Source: Candidatus Hermodarchaeota archaeon
Lineage (GTDB): Archaea; Asgardarchaeota; Lokiarchaeia; Sigyniarchaeales; SOKP01
Assembly: GCA_048885535.1 (NCBI GenBank)
Contig: JBHLLO010000080.1
Span: 1-13,382, forward strand
Length of the DNA stretch: 13,382 nucleotides
Direction: 5' to 3'
Shown here piece after piece: positions 1 to 6,392 of this stretch. Position 1 is the stretch's first letter. Every line of letters starts with the position of its first letter. The notes below the pieces were generated by a model that had not been told where the DNA came from, searched no databases, and worked only from the letters and a program-made list of their open reading frames with translations. The translations under genes and the position numbers were made by a program.

Positions 1-21
1 TGATGATAAATAAGGATTATA

Positions 22-516
22 TTAAGTCAGTTTTGAGCCACAATATTCACAAAACCTAAGGTTTTCAGCATCTTTTAAGTTACCCCCACACGTAGGGCAA
101 AAATTTGGTTTCTCAGGAGCAGGAGAGCCTTTTTTAATAACCTTATACTCTATTGGTTCTTTGGATTCTTCAAAATATTCAAATTTATGACCACAATTAT
201 CACAAAAAGTTATACCAACACGTAAGTATTGATTACAATTTGGGCACATTGTGATAAGTTTTAAACCACAATTCCTACAATATTCTGAATAAATGCTAAT
301 AGGGATATTACATCTAGGACAATGCTTTTGAGGTTCCCACGAAAAACGAATAATAACGAGTGCAATTATTATTATGATTATAATGGGTATGATTATGGAT
401 AAAACAAGTAATACGTCAAAAAATAATAGAGAGATCAATAAGGAAAATATAAAAACTCCCAATAGGAGGAGGGCTATAATTGAAAGGGATTTTCGGTTAT
501 AGTTTCTATAACTCAT
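22..516 (-). CDS. Membrane-anchored multi-zinc-ribbon (double zinc ribbon-like) protein
   Basis: 164 aa. Long hydrophobic N-terminal stretch (~aa 12-57, probably two TM helices), followed by six CxxC pairs: CPRC/CRNC, CPNC/CDNC, CPTC/CEYC. Confidence 0.8.
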   Translation of the reverse strand: MSYRNYNRKSLSIIALLLLGVFIFSLLISLLFFDVLLVLSIIIPIIIIIIIALVIIRFSWEPQKHCPRCNIPISIYSEYCRNCGLKLITMCPNCNQYLRVGITFCDNCGHKFEYFEESKEPIEYKVIKKGSPAPEKPNFCPTCGGNLKDAENLRFCEYCGSKLT

Positions 517-580
517 GATAGGAGATCATTAATATATAATTAAAATTCTTTATTTTCTTGCCAAAAAAGATTATGGTTAT

Positions 581-748
581 CTATTTAACAGATAATTGTT
601 TTGTATTACAGTATGGACAGATTTCTGTGCCTGATTTTATATTTTCTCCACATGCAAAACATTTAGTGTACGATTCTCCATATTGAATTTTCTGGTCAAT
701 GAAATCTTTTGAAGTGATTTTACTATTTTCAAATTTTTTTTCAACCAT
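581..748 (-). CDS. Small zinc-ribbon protein (55 aa), not in the ORF track
   Basis: Manual translation from ATG 748 to TAG 581-583: MVEKKFENSKITSKDFIDQKIQYGESYTKCFACGENIKSGTEICPYCNTKQLSVK. Has a CxxC-x10-CxxC motif and is co-oriented just upstream of the 22-516 zinc-ribbon gene. Confidence 0.8.
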   Translation of the reverse strand: MVEKKFENSKITSKDFIDQKIQYGESYTKCFACGENIKSGTEICPYCNTKQLSVK

Positions 749-925
749 GTTAACTCAATTAATAATAATATATTAAAAATTTGATTGCTATTTAAAAAAA
801 ATATCAAAGCTCTATAAAAAAAATGGAGTCCAATTTTTATTTTATTTAAATTTGAAATAATGACAAAATTTAAGAGTTTAAATTATTTTCTAATAATATA
901 ACAAAAAATTCAAAAATTTGCTAAT

Positions 926-933
926 GGAGTGGA
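926..933 (+). promoter_or_regulatory. Shine-Dalgarno-like site for rpS30e
   Basis: GGAGTGGA ends 6 nt before the ATT at 940. Confidence 0.55.
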
Positions 934-939
934 TTAGAT

Positions 940-1143
940 ATTCCCGGTTCGCACGGCTCATTAACAAAAGCAGGAAAAGTAAAACAACAGACTCCAAAAA
1001 TTGAGAGAACAGGAGTAAATTCATCAAAGAAAAAATCTCCTCGTGTCAGATTTAGAAAATTATACACTAAAAGATTTGAGGAAGGAAAATATAGTGGTCA
1101 ACGTGATTCTCTTGGCGCTAAACGTGCTACTTATTCACGTTAA
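940..1143 (+). CDS. rps30e: 30S ribosomal protein S30e (eS30), probable ATT start; not in the ORF track
   Basis: Translation (M)PGSHGSLTKAGKVKQQTPKIERTGVNSSKKKSPRVRFRKLYTKRFEEGKYSGQRDSLGAKRATYSR contains the diagnostic HGSL-x-x-AGKV-x-x-QTPK motif. There is an in-frame TAA at 922-924 and no in-frame ATG/GTG/TTG before the motif, so ATT 940-942 is the inferred start. Confidence 0.92.
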   Translation: MPGSHGSLTKAGKVKQQTPKIERTGVNSSKKKSPRVRFRKLYTKRFEEGKYSGQRDSLGAKRATYSR

Positions 1144-1151
1144 TTAATTTT

Positions 1152-3044
1152 TTATTCGATTACACCAATTTTTCTTAATTGATTAACTAAAACTTGGCTT
1201 TGTTTATAGTAATAAGTTGAGTTATTACTATCTTTAGCTAACATATCAAAAAAATCACACATTAATAAATTCCATCTTATAGCTCTCTTTATTCCCGGTA
1301 TTTCCTTTACATAAACAGCTAATCGACTTTCAACACCCTTAAGCAGAAATAAAGCTTTTCTTGAATCAACACGGTGATGAATGTAAAATTCAGCTAGCTC
1401 TAATATGAGATCATAAAAAATATGTTCATACTTCTTATCTTCAAAATCTAATCCAACAGCATCAATTCCAGATCTTAATAATTTCTGGGCTTGAGATAAA
1501 TTCCCAAAATTCTTATAATATTTTGCTCGAAGAAGATAATAATTTAATTTAACTTTGATAGAATTGGTAGTCAATTGAAAAGCCTTTTTAAGAAAAACTT
1601 TTGATTGAGTAATTTGACTTTGGGATAAATAAATCAAACCTATATGAAGATATGACATTCCGAGAAAATCTTCTGTGTTGATTGAATGTTCTTCCTCTTT
1701 TTCTAAGAATTTAATCATAATTTCGAAATGTTTCATCGCATTAACAAAATCTTGTCTGTTAAAATACCATTTTCCTAATTTATAGTGTATTGCTATAATA
1801 TATTGGATGGGTACTTCTCCTGATTTTGCTACTGCGAGAGCATTCTGCAAATAATTAAGAGCAATCTCTTCACGGTTTAGTAATGAAGCAATCTTTCTTA
1901 GTTTAAGTAGAATTGAAACAACTATTTTCCTTTGACGATTTTTGTTAAATACTTTTAAAGATTTATTGAGTAAATCTGTTGCTTCATCAAAGTGATAGTT
2001 CTTTATTAGTTCTTCTGCTTCGGTATATGTAATCAGAGACTCAATGGTTTCAAAGTTAACAGGTGGTGAATTTAAAAGATCATTATGAATAGGATATAAT
2101 TCTGATTTTGAGATTAGGCTTTCATAGTGAAGTGGAGAAAAAGGAAAGTTATGTTGTTCTAACTCAAAATCGGTGTTATCTAAATCTCTTGTAGGTCTTA
2201 AATTTAAAAAATCATTTTGAACAATTTCTCCTAAACTGATTATTTCTATCACAGAATTTAATAGCGTTCTAGAAAACTTTATCCAATTGCCTATAGCTTC
2301 ATTCAATTTAAAATCAGATTCATTAAATAAATTAAGCATTATATATGGAGTGTAGCAATCAAAAAAGGAACGAATGTAGAATTTATTGTACTCTAAATCT
2401 TTAAGGTAAGTAAAGAATCCTTTTTCTAAAATGAAGAATTCATCAAATTTCTCATCATTCGAAAAGAAGAGCGTCTCAGAAGCTCTAAGCTTTGGAACAC
2501 CTCTTCCCAATTCCCAAGGCAATTTGAATGTTGGGTGCAATCCAGTACTTTTTATTATCTTTACAAAATCTGCTACATAGGAATTGTCAAATTCATTAAA
2601 CTTTTCTCGTTTATTGAATAAAGATATCCTTATTCGATTTATTCTAGAATTCTCGTTTTCATCTTTTATTGGATCTGGCATTAAAATATTTAACAAATCG
2701 AGTAAATCGCTTTCTTTCCCTTTAATTGGAAAGTTGTGTTCTATGGAAACTCGCATAGCGAGATCTCTGAGCATTCTCATAACATAAAAAATAGTATTAT
2801 TAGTGCCTTGATTTAGATCCCAAAATTTAAATGCGATAGAGACTCTAAAAGTGACTACTTCAAAAGGTACATTAATTCGTATTGGTAAAAAGACTGGTAG
2901 TTTTATAGTAAATAACAAAGTTTTTTCCTTATTAATACTGTATCTAAAATAGTTTTTAGTATACCCATAGATTTGCCATCCGTTCTTTTCTATGGCAGTT
3001 CTCAGATTTGATAGTTCATTATTAGAAAGGGGACGAATTGACAT
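1152..3044 (-). CDS. Large protein with C-terminal tetratricopeptide-repeat (TPR) region; N-terminal half unassigned
   Basis: 630-aa ORF. TPR-like helix pairs from ~aa 335, e.g. IHYKLGKWYFNRQDFVNAMKHFE, SYLHIGLIYLSQSQITQSKVFLKKAFQL, YYLLRAKYYKNFGNLSQAQKLLRSG. Confidence 0.75.
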   Translation of the reverse strand: MSIRPLSNNELSNLRTAIEKNGWQIYGYTKNYFRYSINKEKTLLFTIKLPVFLPIRINVPFEVVTFRVSIAFKFWDLNQGTNNTIFYVMRMLRDLAMRVSIEHNFPIKGKESDLLDLLNILMPDPIKDENENSRINRIRISLFNKREKFNEFDNSYVADFVKIIKSTGLHPTFKLPWELGRGVPKLRASETLFFSNDEKFDEFFILEKGFFTYLKDLEYNKFYIRSFFDCYTPYIMLNLFNESDFKLNEAIGNWIKFSRTLLNSVIEIISLGEIVQNDFLNLRPTRDLDNTDFELEQHNFPFSPLHYESLISKSELYPIHNDLLNSPPVNFETIESLITYTEAEELIKNYHFDEATDLLNKSLKVFNKNRQRKIVVSILLKLRKIASLLNREEIALNYLQNALAVAKSGEVPIQYIIAIHYKLGKWYFNRQDFVNAMKHFEIMIKFLEKEEEHSINTEDFLGMSYLHIGLIYLSQSQITQSKVFLKKAFQLTTNSIKVKLNYYLLRAKYYKNFGNLSQAQKLLRSGIDAVGLDFEDKKYEHIFYDLILELAEFYIHHRVDSRKALFLLKGVESRLAVYVKEIPGIKRAIRWNLLMCDFFDMLAKDSNNSTYYYKQSQVLVNQLRKIGVIE

Positions 3045-3106
3045 AAAAATAGTCGAATTGATTTACTTAATAAACTAATAAAGTTCAATAATTTTAATCT
3101 TTTCTT

Positions 3107-3146
3107 TAAGTATTAACAAGTATAAATACTTGGATTTACTTGTTAA
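3107..3146. promoter_or_regulatory. Symmetric phased repeat array over a TATA-like core in the divergent TPR/MIT intergenic region
   Basis: AAGTA at 3108 and 3118 and TACTT at 3127 and 3137 are symmetric about 3124.5 and overlap TATAAATA (3121-3128). TTAACAAGTA (3113-3122) and TACTTGTTAA (3137-3146) form a perfect 10-bp inverted repeat. Confidence 0.45.
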
Positions 3147-3182
3147 CTTTGAATATTTATAAAATGATAATTTCAATTTATA

Positions 3183-3821
3183 ATGGATATCGCTGAATTT
3201 AATAAGGAATTAAAATACAGAGTTGCTAAAGCAACTGGGCTTGAAAATAATAATAAAATTGAAGAGGCTATAGATGAATGGGTTGCAATTACAGAAATGG
3301 TAATAAAGACGTCTAAGACACCTAATCTAGAATTTTCTTATCGATCAATGCTTATTGATAAAACAAAACAAATTATTGAGCACATTAAAAGTTTAAAAAT
3401 AAAACTTTCAGGAGAAATTACAGCTATTGAAGATATTTCTGAATACAAAGAAGAAGATGATATCCAATCCGTCAAAGCTGAAGATACAATCGAATCTAAA
3501 GAATTTAATGAAGAAGTTACTGAAGTAGATTCTCAAGAACCTATAGAAACTAAAATCATTGATAAAAGTGAATTTAAAAATCTCCCTAAAGGATTTAAAG
3601 AAATTGAAGCTTCAAAAGATTTCGAAATTATTACACCTCATGATAAAGATTATATAAAGAAAATCTTATCTGAAGACAAACCAGATATGAATGTATTTAA
3701 ATTTAAAAAAGGAGAAAATCAAAACCGGATGGATCAAAACAAAACAATTTGTTTTGCATGCGGCATAGAGTTGGCATTTGACACAAAAATATGTCCTCAA
3801 TGTGGAACAAAACTAAAGTAG
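3183..3821 (+). CDS. MIT-like domain protein with acidic linker and C-terminal zinc ribbon
   Basis: aa 1-75 resemble the MIT three-helix bundle pattern (VAKATGLENNNKIEEAIDEW...YRSMLIDKTKQIIEHIKSLK). A D/E-rich linker follows, then C-terminal CFACG-x9-CPQCG. Confidence 0.65.
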   Translation: MDIAEFNKELKYRVAKATGLENNNKIEEAIDEWVAITEMVIKTSKTPNLEFSYRSMLIDKTKQIIEHIKSLKIKLSGEITAIEDISEYKEEDDIQSVKAEDTIESKEFNEEVTEVDSQEPIETKIIDKSEFKNLPKGFKEIEASKDFEIITPHDKDYIKKILSEDKPDMNVFKFKKGENQNRMDQNKTICFACGIELAFDTKICPQCGTKLK

Positions 3822-3855
3822 TATTTTCTCTCACTTTTTAAATTCTATATTAAAT

Positions 3856-4557
3856 TTAGGTCAACTTGATAATAATATCAAAATAAGCATCATCTTTAGA
3901 AGAAGAAGGATGTATTTCTTTAATGTTACATACTACTTTCCTTTTTAACTCTCTTTCAAGTATTCCTTCAGTAATTCCACAAATTATATAAAGATGATAA
4001 TCAAAATCGGTTGTATCAAATAAGAAAGGTGAATTTTTAAATCGAAATGTGGCGCTTTTTCCCTTAGGATCGATTCCTATAATTGAAATCTCAATATCAG
4101 GTGAAAATGGGTCGTAAACTGGATAAAAACTTTTAAAGCTCTCTAGATGTACCCTAGAAATTGGGTTTTCTTTCAAACTTTTCATTTGTTTAAGAATGCT
4201 TTGTCCGAAAGTAAATTTTATATCTTTAATAGCTTCTTTTCCGATTTTCTTTGCTAAACCTTCTGTATCAGGAATATATTTTTTGAATCGTGAAATTAAA
4301 GCTTTATAGTAAGAAATAGCTAATTCTAATGGGATATAACTTCTTTTACTTGTAAAATATAATTTATAGGCCCCTATTTTCTTACTGAAAATTTGATTTT
4401 TAAGTTCTAAGATAGATACATATTTGGATATAGTATTTCGAGAGAATTTGGTAAAGTTAGCTATATCTGAAACAGTTACCCCACCAGGATTATCCCTAAT
4501 ACATTCAAGAATTACAAATTCATGATTAATAGTATTCTTTTTGTTGGTCGTAAAAAT
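3856..4557 (-). CDS. Winged-helix transcriptional regulator with C-terminal V4R/HNOX-like ligand-binding domain; probable ATT start (ORF track shows only the last 109 aa)
   Basis: The frame stays open upstream of 4185 to an in-frame TGA at 4561-4563 and encodes a clear wHTH: ILECIRDNPGGVTVSDIANFTKFSRNTISKYVSILELKNQIFSKKIGAYKLY. The C-terminus has a V4R-like pattern (FRFKNSPF...YIICGITEGILERELKRKVVC). GGTGA followed by 3 nt precedes ATT 4557. Confidence 0.8.
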   Translation of the reverse strand: MFTTNKKNTINHEFVILECIRDNPGGVTVSDIANFTKFSRNTISKYVSILELKNQIFSKKIGAYKLYFTSKRSYIPLELAISYYKALISRFKKYIPDTEGLAKKIGKEAIKDIKFTFGQSILKQMKSLKENPISRVHLESFKSFYPVYDPFSPDIEISIIGIDPKGKSATFRFKNSPFLFDTTDFDYHLYIICGITEGILERELKRKVVCNIKEIHPSSSKDDAYFDIIIKLT

Positions 4558-4599
4558 TTTTCACCATATTAAGGTATTTAATATTATTCAGTGTTTTTT

Positions 4600-4617
4600 G
4601 AAAGAAATATTTATATA
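4600..4617 (+). promoter_or_regulatory. Candidate archaeal BRE/TATA promoter (possibly bidirectional)
   Basis: Purine-rich GAAAGAAA followed by TTTATATA (4610-4617) in the divergent intergenic region between the regulator and the tandem surface-protein genes. Confidence 0.45.
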
Positions 4618-4632
4618 TTAATCTATCAAATA

Positions 4633-4672
4633 ATCAATATAATAAAATATTGATCAATAATATTGTTGATCA
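4633..4672. promoter_or_regulatory. Overlapping palindromic operator candidates
   Basis: ATCAATAT-N6-ATATTGAT (4633-4654, perfect arms) overlaps TGATCAATAATATTGTTGATCA (4651-4672, 22-bp palindrome with one mismatched pair). Confidence 0.55.
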
Positions 4673-4692
4673 TTAATTATCAAGTTTAAAAT

Positions 4693-6366
4693 ATGTCTAA
4701 AAAATCATTAATTATATCTGTGATATTACTCGCTATTGGCTCAGGTTTAGTTCCTACAGGAGTTTTACTTGAAGATTATATAAATGAGATGGTTATTAAT
4801 TCTCTTGACGAGGGTCTTTTAGGAATAGAAGAAGAGGCGATTCCTTTAATTGAACCAATGATAAAAGAGAAGGGAATCCCTCAAACACTTAGAGGCATCA
4901 GAGATTTGGGAATTCCTATTCTTGAAGATATGGTAGAAGTGACCTTCGTAGCGGTATTAATTAATACATTTGTTAATACAGGGGGAGTTGTGTTTAGCAC
5001 ATTCTTTCCTCCTATAGGTAGAGAAAGTTTCTTTAATAATGACACAACAGGAGTTTGGGTTATTTTTAGCGGTATTTCCACCTATCACGGGGTCCCACTT
5101 AACTTTACAGAGGATGCTCAAAATAGGATATTGTACGGTAATAGCACAACAATCCCGGGTTATATCTCTGGTATTCAAGGCCTTCTCAACGATACTTCGA
5201 CAGGTGAGGGTGTAGCGAACTTTTTAGCTCAATTTTCTGCCGCCAATTCAAGTGGGACTGATAAATTAAATGAAACTATGCAAGAGAATTATAACTGTAC
5301 ATGGTATCAATTAACTAAATTAAATGAATATATTAGTGCTTATCTTATAGACCTTGTAATACCGATAATAATTGCCAATAACTTACATGTGGATTATATG
5401 CCACAATTAGCAGGGCTACTTTCGGTTAATGCTATTGCCAAAGCATTATTCATGGAACAATGGGCAAATGGAACTGTTCTAAACGAGACTCTCTATGAAG
5501 GAGGGATCGATTTTAGTGAAATGCTTGAGAATGTAAATGAAACTTTAGTTGGGTTTGAAGTGGGGCGTATTAATCCTTCAAATATAACCCGAAAATCAGC
5601 TTATGCATTATTCAATGAAATAGATTATCCTAATGCCATAACAAATGACAGTGGAATTGAACAGTGGGTTAATGCATCTAAAAATGATACGATAAAAATA
5701 TCTTTAATGAATGAATTTAATCTTACTCTATCTCAAATAGATATGATCCTTTTTTGGTTATTCGAAGAATCATTTCAGGATAATATTGTTCCTGAACTTA
5801 TGAAACTTCCTCCTCCAGATGGTGTTGGTATGAATATTACTGAATATGCAAGAGTTCTATTTTTGGAACAGTGGACAAATGGAACGGTAGTAGGTGAAAT
5901 TATTTATCCTTATGGATTTCCGCTCCCATTAAAAGCTGCTACCATCTATGGGTTTGAAATTGGGTATGTCGATCAATCTCACCCTGTGATACCTTCCAAT
6001 ATATCTTTAGTATCAGCAGAGTCTCTATGGGACGTCACAAATCCCTTTTCATTGGTAAACAGTAATGGTTTAAAAGAGTGGTATGATGCATTAGCCAATC
6101 CTAATTCTGCTGGTGCTTATGGATTACAAGTGGCAAATAAGCTTAATAAAGATCAAATAGCCATGATATTCGCTTGGTTACCAAAATTTAGGGATAACGT
6201 TATGCCTTTTCTTGCACAAGAAGACCAAAATCTTCCCAGTGATTCAACATCATTTGCTAATTCAATAGAGCTTGGAATGATTATTCCAGGTGGAATTTTG
6301 ATTGGAATTGGTTTAGTAGGTATAGTGAGTAAAATTTACCTTAGAAGGAAGGAAAATATAATCTAA
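4693..6366 (+). CDS. Two-TM cell-surface glycoprotein with internal ~137-aa repeats (paralog A)
   Basis: 557 aa. N-terminal and C-terminal hydrophobic helices with short basic tails; about 18 N-x-S/T sequons by hand count. Repeated motif EQW[AT]NGT...GFE[VI]G...P[ST]NI[ST]...G[IL]xxW...QIxMIxxWL. Confidence 0.8.
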   Translation: MSKKSLIISVILLAIGSGLVPTGVLLEDYINEMVINSLDEGLLGIEEEAIPLIEPMIKEKGIPQTLRGIRDLGIPILEDMVEVTFVAVLINTFVNTGGVVFSTFFPPIGRESFFNNDTTGVWVIFSGISTYHGVPLNFTEDAQNRILYGNSTTIPGYISGIQGLLNDTSTGEGVANFLAQFSAANSSGTDKLNETMQENYNCTWYQLTKLNEYISAYLIDLVIPIIIANNLHVDYMPQLAGLLSVNAIAKALFMEQWANGTVLNETLYEGGIDFSEMLENVNETLVGFEVGRINPSNITRKSAYALFNEIDYPNAITNDSGIEQWVNASKNDTIKISLMNEFNLTLSQIDMILFWLFEESFQDNIVPELMKLPPPDGVGMNITEYARVLFLEQWTNGTVVGEIIYPYGFPLPLKAATIYGFEIGYVDQSHPVIPSNISLVSAESLWDVTNPFSLVNSNGLKEWYDALANPNSAGAYGLQVANKLNKDQIAMIFAWLPKFRDNVMPFLAQEDQNLPSDSTSFANSIELGMIIPGGILIGIGLVGIVSKIYLRRKENII

Positions 6367-6392
6367 GAAAAATTTATCATTGATGTTAGGAA

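Noticed and set aside
749-939. Ubiquitin-like fusion upstream of S30e (as in animal FAU) or an RNA gene in this gap
   Set aside because: An in-frame stop at 922-924 and very AT-rich sequence with no ORF or tRNA-like structure.
2584-2787. 67-aa plus-strand ORF
   Set aside because: Antisense shadow inside the TPR gene with no recognisable motifs.
4561-4563. In-frame TGA upstream of the wHTH gene as a second Sec codon
   Set aside because: There is no start codon between it and the next in-frame stop, it is part of the GGTGA SD, and no SECIS-like element is seen downstream of that gene.
4881-5178. Two short minus-strand ORFs (66 and 73 aa, one Cys-rich)
   Set aside because: Antisense to a well-supported gene whose paralog conserves the plus-strand frame. 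The Cys residues are not in a coherent motif.
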